Shown: piece by piece, positions 51,337-64,000 of the stretch
Layout of the letters: every line of letters begins with the position of its first letter
Numbering within the stretch: position 1 is the first letter of the stretch
DNA from: Stegostoma tigrinum
Taxonomy: Eukaryota
Length of the DNA stretch: 64,000 nt
Reading direction: 5' to 3'
NCBI RefSeq assembly: GCF_030684315.1
Contig: NC_081362.1
Coordinates: forward strand, 27,279,266 to 27,343,265
The notes under the pieces: model-generated
Database searches by the model: none
What the model saw: only the letters and a program-made list of their open reading frames with translations
What the model was told of the DNA's origin: nothing
Program-made: the position numbers and the translations under genes

Positions 51337-53313
51337 TTTATTGATCTATCAGCACAAATGCAAGGTCAGTAGGTGCAGTTGCACCTTATTGAAACAAAAT
51401 ATTTAATATAAACATCACTCGTCACATCTCAAAGTGGATACTTGTATACGGATGTTAGGTAGTACCCAATTGCTGGATTGAGAGTTTCCAACTGCTTTCA
51501 AGAAAAGTCAAATTATGTTGAACATGAGCATTGAATTCAACATACTGATTAATTTCAAAAAAGGATTCCTTTAGCAATAAAAGTCAGTTTATGAACTCTT
51601 ATGTATTCAAATGCAGACTAAACAAATTTTAATTCAAACTTCTGTAATCCACTATTTCCTAACTCCAGAGACTAGCCACATAAAACAAGGAGCTTTCTGT
51701 GTGTCAGAAGATTAAGTGTATGTATCATCTGAAAAGATCTTTAATCCAGCTGGCAACAGACTAAAGCAGGCTTCAAAAATCTTAAACAACTTAATTATTT
51801 AAAAAAATACAAATTTTCAAAAGTGGTGATAAATAAACTTTAATTACATTCATTTAACAAACATTTTTTCCCCCAACCGTAGCTAGAACAATACTTTTAA
51901 CTCACTGTGGCTTGGCCGATTTACGCTATGGTCTGTGCATTCTTAAGTGCACAATATTCATTCCTCAGCCACCAAAGAAAATACTTCTTAGTTTCAACCA
52001 GCTGAGCAGAATTTCACAAAGAGTGGAACTGGAAAAAGGAAGCTTTTGCTTAATTTCTCAAGAAACAAAACCTCCCCCTCCCAGATCTGCACTGGAATAA
52101 ATTCTCCAGCACAAAGCATAGCAACATTGAGCCATTTACAGCCAGACCTTTATTTTCATACCAATAATATCATTTACATTCCAATAAAATTACAACTGGC
52201 AAAATTTACACTTGGTTGTCAAAGTTTAGATTACAGCCTGCCCCCCACCCCCACCATACCTACTAACCCCATCATTGTTCCCCTAATTTGCCTCCCATAA
52301 AAAGGAAACACTAATTACCTCAACATTTCGTAATAAAGGAGCTAATGACCTCAAAAACAAGGGATGATTGACAACATAGATCATGACAATTGCAACTACT
52401 CAGGATGGACTCCAGTGGTTACCAGCTAACCATTTACTTTCTTTGCAACAGAAGACTTTTGTTATCCCACTAAAATAGCTTTTAGTTGCACCATCTGTGG
52501 CCAGGTTGGTCTAGAAAAGATATTACAAGAATATTGGGTATACAGCTTCTGGAAATCAATATTATTCGAAGATACTTTATAGCATAATAGGGTTATGATC
52601 TCGATATGTTGTATTGAACTATTATACTGATTTCAGTTTTCCCCTCCTAAATTCCAACAGCTAATTAGTTATTTATTGGTGGAATATGAATGCATTGATC
52701 AAAAACACAAAGCAAAATAATTTCAATTTTTCATTTTCACTGGAAGAGGCAAAACAATTATCTACAAGAATTTAAGATAAGAGATATTGACCATTATATA
52801 TGCATTTGACCAGTATTGTGTTTTACTTAACAATCACTAAAGCTAGTCACAGTTTGTTAATACCAAGGGGAAATACTCACCATATGTACAGAAAATAACA
52901 TGCATCTCATTAGGTCCTTATTTGAACTTGCACAGTTCACTGAATTTCTGGTTGGTAAGTAAGAGCAAATGTACAATTAATTTTTACCATTGCTCAAGAA
53001 ATATTAAGCAATTTCTAGGTCTAAGAATATCAACATCTATGCGCACAGGTTTTAAAATTTATAGTCATTAACGTTGGTGATTTAAACAATGTGATCAAGC
53101 AACTTTGCACTATACTGCATCACTTGCAAATCAAAATGTTCTCAACATGTTTTTGCAGACATCAATCACAAATTGACAATGCACCAAAGACACAGCCAAA
53201 CCTCATTTCATGTACAATAACTGGGAGTTGCTTTCTAAGATTTTCCTAAAGCTTCATCATATATCAGAACTTTGGATGGACGCACATGCAGTTATTCTGT
53301 TGCAAAGATGCTA
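51337..53313 (-). other. Probable TMEM30A 3' UTR with candidate AATAAA at 51342-51337
   Basis: About 2 kb of AT-rich sequence with no repeat I recognise, downstream of the stop and ending near a minus-strand AATAAA. The end point is inferred. Confidence 0.5.
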
Positions 53314-53507
53314 CTAATTAGGAATGTCAGCGCTGGTGTTGCGGCTTCCATATTTGTGGTGGATGATCAGTAGTACAACTCCCAGAAAGAAGCAGATGGA
53401 ACCGACAGTGATGTATGCAATTCCAAGGAATGGATTCTTTCCTCCCATCCAAGAAATAGTGCTCAAGATCATTCTTTTTCGCCCGTCAAAACTGCGCACT
53501 GGATAAT
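53314..53507 (-). CDS. TMEM30A: TMEM30A last coding exon ([64 protein letters not shown])
   Basis: gttcAG acceptor, phase 1, TAG stop at 53314-53316; second TM helix and a C-terminus typical of vertebrate TMEM30A. Confidence 0.97.
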
Positions 53508-55752
53508 CTGAACATTATAGTAAAGGAAGACTAGTATAGTACTTAACTAAAACTTACGCTTCTTGAACATTGATTTATTTACCAGAATAAATTTTCAAGA
53601 ATGCATTTTTAATTCAACTTTTGTTGTTATTTTTGACACATTAACTTTTGGTCTCATTGGGATTTTAATTTTGAAAATCTGTCATTGCGTAATCCTATGT
53701 TGACAGCATATATTGAACTGTTCAGCTCATTATAGCACGACAGATGAAATATGGGGTTACATCATCAAGCTGTTCTCAATAACGTATTGCCTAAACTCTA
53801 CTTTTGACTTTGGAAAGCATCAAATCTGAATCTAATCCTGCCCTGGCTTAAGAGGTACTTCCCAGCAGTGATCACAGATTGGATGAGGACATCCTATTGA
53901 GACAATTGCAAAACTCCCAACAAATCAGTTAATTCAGCCCTGACCTGGGATCAAACCAGAGAACATATAATGCAGTTGCATTTTGTGTGTTCATATTATT
54001 TCATAGCATAGTCCAATTTTCAAATTAATTATCATTTGATCAATTGTAGATTCACTTCCACCTGCTAAAGGAAACAAGTGAGCAATTTAACTTTCATTTG
54101 AAAATTTAGACTTGGCTTTCACATTCTAGCTGTCCTTACTACTAGATAATTTGGCCTGATACACCATTTGTAAATTGTAATCAGGCTTTGTACTACTGCA
54201 CACTGTCTTTGCACTTATCTCAACATTGTAATCTTATACAATACAAGGTAATGTTCTCTTGACCATTTTTAAGATTTGGAAAAATGTATATTGTGTCAGA
54301 GTCCTGGTTGTGGATGTGTCCTTTTGTAATACTTCAGCTGGGGGAGTAAAAACTTTGATATACCTAATCTTCAATCTTTGTCAATCGAATCTCATTTTAC
54401 GACTCCAGAAAGGTTCAATGATCTGATGCTGCAAATTATAGTGGTTGACATAAAGGAAGAATTTCAAATATTAGATGAAATATTCATTACTTGCCTGGGC
54501 AAATGTAGCTTCAACAATACATGAAACTTTATACCATCCAGAATAAAATGGCTCGATTGACACATGTTCCAACATTCACTCCTTCCATCAACTGCACAGT
54601 AGCAGCAGTGTGCGCCACTGTTTGCACTATAGCAATTCTAAGATCTTTAGACAGCACCCATCACTTCCATCTGGAAGGACAAGGAATGCAGATACATGGG
54701 AACACCACCACCTGGTTGTTACCCCCCAAGCCACTCACCATGCTGACTTAGAAACAGAATTGCTGTTTCTCAGTGTTGCTAGGTCAAAGCACTGAAACTC
54801 TGTTCAAGAGTCTACCTACAGCAAATGGACTGCCGTGATTGAAGAAGGGAGCTCACTACTACCTTCAAAGGCAATTAGGGAAAGGCAATAAATTTGACAC
54901 AGTCAGCAATGCCCACTTCCCATAAATTAATTAAACAAAACACAAATTTGAGAGCATCTACTTGACATCTCAAAATGGACCTAGATTAAAGAGAAAAGAT
55001 AAACCATGTTGCCCTCTTGTCACAGAATGAAATGAGATATTTCCTGATGCTGTTACATAAACTTGCATACAGACAATAACATTTCCTTCCTTCCTTCCAC
55101 AATGCAGATGTTCACATAGGATAATCAAAACAGTAATTTACAAAAATGATCTGTTGTTGACTTTATGATTGAGATTGTGTCACAGTACAAGCTAAAACCT
55201 ATCTTCATGTATAAAGTGAAAAACTACTAGTAACTTTAGGTGGACAGAATTTCAGAATAAATTCTCATTTTAGCTTTTATGATCAATTAAATCTGTGAAC
55301 TGCTTTTCAATTGGATACCTAACTATAGTTTTACTGCTTATGTATTAGCAGGTCTGTAATTTGTACCAATGCTCGTTGATGCAACATCTATATTCTTTAC
55401 ATTCTCATTTATAGCAATAATGCAATTAGAAAAGTGAAAATGATAGGCATGAAAAGGAGCCAAGATGCAGATTTTTTTAAAAAAAAGCAATATATCAGAT
55501 TTTATTTGACCTATAGCTGCAAACATTTGATTGCAGCAAGAAAATAAGTTCATATGTACAAGACTGCTTTTTGAACAAACATGAATCAGTACTTAAAACC
55601 CACTGATCTTCAGAAGACTTCAAGGAGGAGAATTAAGATGACAAACAGGCAGCATCTTTCGTTAACATGGTGTGAAGCTGGATGAATACAGCAGGCCAAG
55701 CAGCATCAGAGCATCTATAGTCAGTTGTTAGCAACTTCAGTAAAAAGGATAC
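53508..55752 (-). other. U12-type (minor spliceosome) GT-AG intron of TMEM30A
   Basis: 5' site GTATCCTTT; branch-like TTCCTTTAC at 53528-53520, about 12 nt upstream of the 3' splice site, with no long pyrimidine tract. Confidence 0.85.
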
Positions 55753-55962
55753 TGTATGTAACATGTAATGTATAATTTCCCTGTTGCAATGTAGGAGTCA
55801 ATGAATCATTTTTTACAATAAGCCGGTACAGCTTGCGAAAGGTAGGTAAAGCTGCAGTACGCATCCACACAATGAAATCTTCATTGATGAATCCATTGTT
55901 GTCCTTTTCAGTTGGATCAAGTTCATACACTGGCTTTGGCCAGTTCACGGGTTTTGTGGTGC
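55753..55962 (-). CDS. TMEM30A: TMEM30A exon ([16 protein letters not shown]...[26 protein letters not shown]...[10 protein letters not shown])
   Basis: ttacAG acceptor, GTATCCTT donor, 210 nt, phase 1-1; hallmark CDC50 motif [20 protein letters not shown]. Confidence 0.97.
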
Positions 55963-56744
55963 CTGTAATATAACCCAAAATACACCTTGATATTATGTTG
56001 AACTTAACCAGTTCCACTAGGTAATTTTGTGGAATTTTAAAAGGGCCTTTTTGGAAATTTTTGTCCCTTTTAATTCAAAGATTTTGAGATAGTTATAGAT
56101 GAAAAAATTCTGATTTTAACCTGAAGTTTATCTATTCAGAATCTTTTTTTAATTTTGAAACTGATTTTACAATATCTATATCTATTTTAATATTCTAATA
56201 GGGAGTCCAGCCAGTTCTGAAAGGAGTAACACTGGACTCAAACTTCAACTCCTTCATTCCCTCACGATGTTGCTAGGCTTGCTCATTTTCTGTTTTTAAA
56301 TGCAGTCCTTATGTTGGTCACACTAAAGAAATTTGTTTCAATCTGAACCCATGAAACTCACGTTACTGTCATTTCTTGAGTAAAAATAGTGTTCCAGAAC
56401 TTATCTATTCATTAATTCTGGAATTGGTTAGCTCAGTTGCCTGAACAGCTGGTTTGAAATGCAGTGACTGTGGGTTTAATTCCCGAACCTGGTTGAGGCT
56501 ACCATGAAGGATTTTCCTTCTCAATCTCTCTCCTCACCCAAGGCATGGTGACCCTCAGGTTAAACAATAAGTTACCTTGCTCGCTCGTGCTCTCTCTCTC
56601 GCTCTCTAATGAAACATCAGCCCTATCGGTAGCAATATAACAAACTTACCTGTTACTTATTAAAGTAGAAAATCAACTTTTATTCAATTCCTTTCATGAC
56701 TAGACATCCCATATTTCTCCAGTCATTCATTAGACAGCTGGTCA

Positions 56745-57640
56745 GAGTCATACATCATGGAACTGACCTTTCAGTCCAACAGTCCATACCAGCCATAATT
56801 CCAAACTGAACTGGTCCCACCTACTTGCACTTGGCCCATATCCCTTCAAACACTTCTTATGCGTGTACTTATCTAAATGTCTTTTAAAAGTTGTAATTCC
56901 ACTTCTTCTTGAAATTCATTCCATACATGAACCACACTATAAAAAAGTTATCCCTGATGCCTTTAAAATCTTTCTTTTCACTTTAAAAAAATGCCCCTTA
57001 ACCGTGAAATCCCCAACTGTAGGGAAAAGACCTTTGCTATTCACCTTATCTATAATGATTTTATAAATCCCTAAGGTCACCCCTAAACCTCCTATATTCC
57101 ACTGAAAAAAGTCCCTGTCTATCCAGCCTCTCCTTACAACTCAAACCCTCCATTCCCAGCAACATCCTGGTGAATTTTTTCTGAACTTGCTCCAGCTTCG
57201 TAATATGCTTTCTGTAACAGGTGGCCAGAACGGACACAGTACTCCAAAAGAGGCCTCACCAACGTCCTATACAAGCTCAATGTAACATCCCAACTTATAT
57301 ACTTAAAGGTCTGAGCAATGAAGGCAAATGTGCAAAATTCCTTCTTAACCACCTTGTGTACATGTGACACGAACTTCAAAGGATTATCTATCTGAACTGC
57401 TAGGTTTCTTTGTTCTATAACACTACCCAAGTCCCTGTCAATTGTGTAAGTTTTTTTTAACCAAAATCCAATACCTTTAATTTGTCCAAATTAACTCCAC
57501 CTGCCCCTTCTCAACCCAATTGATCAAGATCTCTTTGCAATCATAGATAGCCATCTTCACTGCCCAACATACTACCAATTTTGGTCTCATCCACAAATTT
57601 ACTAACCATGCCTTCTATATTTTCATCTAAATCTTTCATA
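56745..57640 (-). mobile_element. CR1/HER1-type LINE 3' fragment in a TMEM30A intron
   Basis: LSLYRTLVRPLLEYCV motif and CR1 tail. Confidence 0.8.
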
Positions 57641-58174
57641 TCTGCTGATACGTAATAACGATAAGAAATCTAGAAGTAAGCTTACAATCTTAGGAGCCAC
57701 TGCAAGATCCATGTTATTCTCAGTCCACCGTTTCAAGCAAATCAATGGATGGTGCAATTTCCACACTCAGAAGAACATCCCTTAATGTATTAGTGTAGTA
57801 CTTCTGTTTCACACATTTGCCAGCCTAATGCTAATTTTCCTATTCAGACCTGTTTGCACAGTATATTCACCCCCACAAATATCATGATTAAATCCAATTA
57901 ATTTACTGTCAGAGACCAAAATATATCCCATCAGATTCAAACTTGGGAAAAGGTGTGCTTGCCATTGTACCATTACAACTCTACACAATTTCTTAATTGT
58001 AGGTGACCCATATAGTTGCTCTCAAAGATAGCTTCACAATTAATATATTCAAGAAAACAGGGACGCAATCAATTTTCATTTTTAAATGAACTTGGGATAA
58101 TTCCAATGTAGAATTTACACAAAAACAAACTTCATACAGATTCAAAATTATACCCAGTGTTGAAATTAAGTTAC

Positions 58175-58315
58175 CTTTAAAAATGGTTGATAAATTGGAA
58201 TCCCCAGTTGGGTTTCTGAACTTGACATTCCTGTCTGTCCACCAAGCAATGCCTTTTTTAATCAATGGAATCTCACTTCGAGTGCCATTATCTATGTAGT
58301 ACAATACTAAAGTAT
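58175..58315 (-). CDS. TMEM30A: TMEM30A exon ([48 protein letters not shown])
   Basis: catttAG acceptor, GTAACT donor, 141 nt, phase 1-1; [15 protein letters not shown] motif. Confidence 0.96.
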
Positions 58316-59112
58316 CTAAATGAAAAATCAAAGACACAAGAATTATACATCAAAAAAATTGACAGATGTTTCTCAAAGTTTAATGTAACTGTAGGGAGCT
58401 GGTGTATCAGTTCAAATACCGAGCAGGGTGTTGGGTGTGGGTGCATTGCAGGGTAAAGGAGAGAGAGCGCGAGAGATAGATAGATAGAGAACACAACACA
58501 AACCGATTCACATTTATTTCATGAGAAATTTTGAAAACACACAATCTGGAATAAAGAGGAGACGAAGCTTGCTTCCAATAACTCAGTGGCTAAATGCAGG
58601 TCGTAAAAGAGATCAATCAGGCTATGAAGATTTGCTCAACCACAAGCAGGTACTGGGGTCACACAGTGAATACTGCTGCTGCCCTTAGACATCAAAATAA
58701 GAAAAAAAAAGGTCAGTTAAGAATTATGGATGTTTGAAAGTGATCCTTGCTGGAAGTTTGAGTTGTGTCAGTCCTGGACTTCATGCTGATGCCATTTGTC
58801 AAATTTTCAGCAAGATTCACCATTCAGTCTGTTCCGTGAATCAACAACGGTCACCATAGTAAGATGCCAGAGATCATAGAGTTATATACAGACCCTGTGA
58901 TCCAACTTGTTCACGCCGACTAGATCATTCAATAAGTCAAAATATTCAAAGCAAAGTGAGGAGGAAATCAAATTGGATCTACACAAACAATTTGGTAGCC
59001 TATAAATTGTACACAACTGATGACATTGATCCACTCTAGTGTGACTGGAGCATTATCTATTGATTCACACATACTGTTTGCCATCATAGAGCAATCTGAT
59101 CTGAATGATGGT

Positions 59113-59190
59113 GAAATGTGAGGCTGGATGAACACAGCAGGCCCAGCAGCATCTCAGGAGCACAAAAGCTGACGTTTCGGGCCATTATCA
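59113..59190. mobile_element. 78-bp PLE terminal fragment with 17-bp TSD
   Basis: TSD CTGATCTGAATGATGGT at 59096-59112 and 59191-59207. Confidence 0.8.
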
Positions 59191-60674
59191 CTGATCTGAA
59201 TGATGGTCCTAGTGAATCATATAATAAAATCATGTTTGAACTATTTGCTTTCCAGTCCATTAATCCTATTTAAAAGGAAGGTTTTTATTCACTCCACGAA
59301 ACTCGTATTCTTTCTCTTCCCTCCACCTGGCCCAAACCCACCAATTTTAAGGATTCATCTAAAAGGTGCTGTGCCGATCTCTCCCAGTTCTCCAGCTCAG
59401 CTCTTTTTCCAGCCTATTTCCACATCTCTGCTGTATTCCCTCCCAGGCCTGGGTTGTCCCCCCAAGTACTCATTATATTTTAGTAACCATCAATGTATTG
59501 ATCTTGTAGTCTCCTATACATATACATATTATGCATCTGCAAAGTGGTCTCTCTACATCTAATACCAACATTTTTATACCCATTCCAGATCCTGTGGCCA
59601 CTTACCTGGATTTTTGTCTATTTTCTTGTATAATGAACAAGAGTATTCAAATGGATTGTACCATCACAAAATAGTACGCAATTACAACAAAATATGCTGG
59701 AAATATTTAGTAGGTCAGGCACCATCTCAGGAGAGGGAAACAGGAATTAACTTTGATCATGGACCTGCCATTTTGGTGGTGGGTGTTGGGGACTGTTAGG
59801 ATACGGCACTGGGAATCTAGACAACAGGATTTCTAACAAGCTGTTTTCAGATGGGAAGTATTTGGTAGAGACCTGACAGGCTGGAATATTTTAGTACTTA
59901 TTTTAGATCAGCCTCTGTAGTATTGCGTTTTGGAAAACAGTCTGTATTCCTCTTTTACCACTTACAAATATTTCAAATACACAAATCAGTAATACACAGA
60001 CAGAATATGTAGAACAGGAGTAACTGATTGAAAATAAGTCAAAAGAATACTAGCAAGATTCATTGACAAGTGGTGCAATGAAATGGGTCTGAGAGGACAC
60101 ACAAACAGAAAAGAACTAACGATAAGATGTATGTCATTCTTATGTAAGCCCATCAGCAAAACTACAGTAATTGAATTATTCACAATTTTTCAACTGTCAA
60201 TACTCAGAATGTCATTGCCTATTTTTTAAAACAAATCAGTAGCTGAATGGTATAATGGTTCGGAACAAACATTGTAACTAAATATCTTCATAATGTTCTA
60301 ACTAAAAATCAAACAAACAGTCTCTGTATTATTTTGGTTGGAGGGTCCAACACACTCAACTAGAGTGCATACCAGCAACTTGCTCCACTGCTCTGTATCA
60401 GGCCTGTGAATGGCACATGTGGGATATAGCCTCATGGATGTTCTACTTTCATTCTAAATGACCTTCTTCCAATGGAAGGTTAAATATGTCTGAATATTTT
60501 ATTGTCTTGGTATGCCGTGCTACCAGGCCAATAAGTATTTTACAAAGTAATATTCTTTCTAACACACAGAAGTGCTGTATATTCACAGGTCTGTCTAACT
60601 CAAAACATGTTGTACATAAATTATACAATCTAATTTCTATTTGATATGTGAAAAGGTCTTGTATGGTTACCTAC

Positions 60675-60762
60675 CATTAAACAGACTGTTTGCAATAGCT
60701 CCACAAGGGGCAATAGGTAATCCATCAGACACTCGATATGGCTCACATTCTTTACTGGGATC
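60675..60762 (-). CDS. TMEM30A: TMEM30A/CDC50A internal exon ([30 protein letters not shown]), probably exon 4
   Basis: actcAG acceptor, GTAGGT donor, 88 nt; CDC50 family motif [15 protein letters not shown]. Upstream exons lie beyond position 64000. Confidence 0.96.
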
Positions 60763-62984
60763 CTGAGTGAGGTAGAGAACAGAGATTTAATATTGTAGTA
60801 CTACAGTAAAGAGACAAAAGATTCTTGTATGCTGAAAAAGCCTCACCCAGAATTTGTTATAAATGGACATTGAAGCGAAGAAGGTCAGGTTCATTTCTTT
60901 TCCATTTTATAATAAATTCAAATTCTTGTGACCAATTAGGTTCACGGTAAGATTGGACCAGAGAATGGGATTGCTACAATGTATAAACTGACTACGCAGG
61001 AGGCCAAACCAAGGAAGATTCATAATTAAATTTAGTAATGGATATGAAGTAGAGCAGATAGGAGAGATGTAAACATACGGGGGATTGCAAGACAACAGTG
61101 CTCATGATGTAGTACTATTTAAGCGGAAACCTAAAAACACAAGCATGACCAATAAAGATGACAGACTAATGAACTATAGAAAATTCAATGGAGGAATACA
61201 GCAGAATCTAGGCAAGTTTAAAAAAAGGTACAAAACAGCAATGGGAAACATGAACGCTGGAAAAAAAAAATCCATTTAAGACACCAAAATATTAAATTCT
61301 ACTGAAAGACCATGAATAAGTAACAGCATAAAAGAAAAATCTAAGGTAATGTTAAGTGCAGGGACAAAAAGGGATAATATGTGGAGAATACAAAGAAATT
61401 TGAGATAAGTTACAGAGGATTGATAAAAATATCAAGGTACACAAAACAAAATAGCAAGCAATCTACAATGATATTAAAGTCCTGTTCCTACACTATGACA
61501 AAAATTGCAGGTGGGTACTACAAAAGGATGGGATTAGTCAAAGATAATGTAGTAGATAAATATATCTAGATTCCAAGACGACCTTTGATAAAGCAGCAAA
61601 TAGGCAAAATGAATATGATCCCCTGGCTCTATGTTGACAGCAGAATGGATAGTGTCACTAAGACATTTTATATTTATCATTGCTTGGAGAGCTAAGTTTC
61701 AAAGGATTGTGGAGAATTGAATTATTCCAAGCTTTGGGGAAATACTTCAAGCAGATTTCCTGAAGAGCATTCTGAAAGTTCACAGTGGCAGTAATTTTTT
61801 TGGAACAAGTCTGCTTGTAAGTCACATGATTGCTGATACCGCTTTGCTGTAAACCCTCACTAAGGCCAATTTTGAACAGTGACCGGCCTGAAGAGATGCT
61901 GATTTTATCTGGTTCTATGAGAAAGACGGCCAATAAGAATAAGCCAGTTGGAAGAAAGCCTAAGAACAAACTATCCTGCTGATCACTTTCAGTTCTGAAA
62001 TGAAATTCTGTTGAGTTCAGGTGATTGAATGAGCATCTTAATGCTCAATTTCCTGAGCAGGCAATTTCTGAAAGACTGCAGAGACAACTATGATTAATGA
62101 TTAATGACATGATCACACCAGCAACAAAATCTGAAATTTCTAATAAACAGAAATTGATCATTTTTCAGATTTAATGACCCTTCTTCAGTAGACCAGAAAC
62201 ATTAACTCTGCTTTCTCACTGCAGATGCTGCTGGGTTTCTCCAGTAATTTTTGTTTCTGTTTCATGCTTGCAACATCCAAAGTTCTTTGTTTACTTTATC
62301 AGAGCAATGGACTCTGAAACATTCCACACCTTATCCTTTAACCTTCAAGAAAAATCCTTGACTAAAGTGTTTTGACTTTAGAAAGCCAATCTCTGCAGAG
62401 AATTTGTTTTTTTCTTTTCCTCAAGAGAAATTCTGCACATGAATGTTTTATCGATATTTTAGCGGTTAATACTTATACACAGCAAACTTGCTATTAATCA
62501 GTATCTATGGGACCAGGAGTGTGCCAGTTGCTCAAATATTCTGTATAATCAAGAGGTATGCATAGAAGTGCAGTAAACCGTGACAAGCGAAGCTTCAAGA
62601 CATCCACATCCCTCCAAAAATCTACATGAAAACATCAACACATCCTAAACTCAATGCAAAAACACAAAGTAATAGAAACGTAATGCAAGGGATGAACACA
62701 TCATTGTTATTCTTGACTTATGATATATACCACAAATACTAATGCGATTCATACTTTTTTGCTGGTTTGTCAAGAGTGCAGGTTGATCAGGCGTAGGTTA
62801 AAACAAAGTTTGCTGTACTTTGCCTGCATCATCCCATACCTTTTGAAGGTGGATAGATGAATTGTAATCTGGGATAAAAGAAGCCAGAGAGGTAATAGCG
62901 GATGCTCAGAGGATTCAATTTTCATTTGTTCCAGGCGAGGTACCAGAGGATCGAAACTTTGCAAACATAATTTATTCATAAAGG

Positions 62985-63705
62985 ATATTAGGGATAAGCC
63001 AAATTATTACATCAGTCATTCTTATCTCTGTGGTGGGAAAATTATTGCAATCAATATTGAGAGATTACTTGGACAGGCAAGGATTAACCAGTGATAGTCA
63101 GCATAGTTTTGATGAAGGAAAGTCATGTTTTCTAAATTTTTGAATTTTTTGAGGGAGCAATGAGTGTGGAGGAGTGGATGATGTCTGCATTAATTTCAGT
63201 AATGCATTTGACAAGGTCCCATATGTGGCATACTTACGCAAAATTAAAGCCCTTGGGATATACGAGAATGTTTCAAGCTGGATCCAAAATTGGCTCAATG
63301 ACAGAAAACCAGATGTATCTGTGAATGGAAAACCCCCAAGGCTCAGCATTGGGTTTCTTGCCATTTATGACCTGTATTAAATGATTTATACTGAAATATT
63401 GGAAGCTTGATTAGGAAATTTGCAGATAACACAAAAATTGGCCAGATAATTTACAGTGAGCAGGATGGTTGTCAACTACAGGAAGATATCAATGGTTTGG
63501 TTAAGTTGGCAGAAAAATAGCAAATGGAATTCAATCCAGAGAAGTATGAGCGTACACATTGGGGAGGACCAACAAAGCACAGTGATACATAATAGAGAGG
63601 AGGACATTAAGAGGGACACAGGAAGCAAGAGACCGTGGGGTTTGCGTCCACAGGTCCCTGAAAGCAGTACAACAGATAACGCGATAAAGGAGGCGTAGGA
63701 GATTT
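62985..63705 (+). mobile_element. Degenerate CR1-type LINE fragment
   Basis: DDVCINFSNAFDKVPY...SSWIQNWLNDRK motif. Confidence 0.75.
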
Positions 63706-64000
63706 TCTTCAGCAGAGAGCGGTGGGAGCTAAGCGGAATGAGGTTGGAGCAGAGTGATTTGGTATTTAAGCACTTACTTTGAAGCCCCAGGTCCTACACA
63801 GTAGGGCCTCCCTCCCTCCCCCTCTAACCTAATTAAAAGTCCACAGACTCACAGCAGGAAGAGCGGGAGTGTCGATCAGAGGCCTACAGGTGGGGGAGTC
63901 TCTGCTTTAAAGATTAGAAAATACCTACCTTGACCAGCGGGCCCTCCATTCCTGTTCTAGCAGAAAGAGCAGGAGATCTAACCAAGAAGGACTGTTAAGG

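Noticed and set aside
61658-61969. 103-aa minus-strand ORF in a TMEM30A intron
   Set aside because: TTG start, no recognisable motif, no CDC50 similarity and no clear donor site.

Overview
Vertebrate genomic DNA, most likely a shark or other elasmobranch (inferred from HE1-type tRNA SINEs, abundant CR1/HER1-type LINEs and Penelope-like elements). Two host genes lie on the minus strand. (1) The last four coding exons of TMEM30A/CDC50A (60762->53314), whose last intron has U12 (minor spliceosome) signals. (2) The first ten coding exons of CEP43/FGFR1OP (ATG at 41172, down to 7833; the 3' end probably lies outside the window), including five small exons encoding an EF-hand pair that I do not recall in the human protein. 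Between them are splice-bounded segments that look like a decayed, unidentified multi-exon gene. Introns are packed with CR1 LINE fragments, GIY-YIG Penelope-like elements (PLEs; many fold-back, with TSDs and minimal hammerhead ribozyme motifs), SINEs and two solo-LTR-like elements. The most striking signal is a TSD-flanked fold-back PLE insertion (26048-27446). Both of its arms carry dense A-to-G substitutions on the same strand with ADAR-like neighbour preference, which suggests a hyper-edited dsRNA that was reverse-transcribed into the genome. All coordinates were read by eye; repeat boundaries are approximate and family names are from memory, not database searches.
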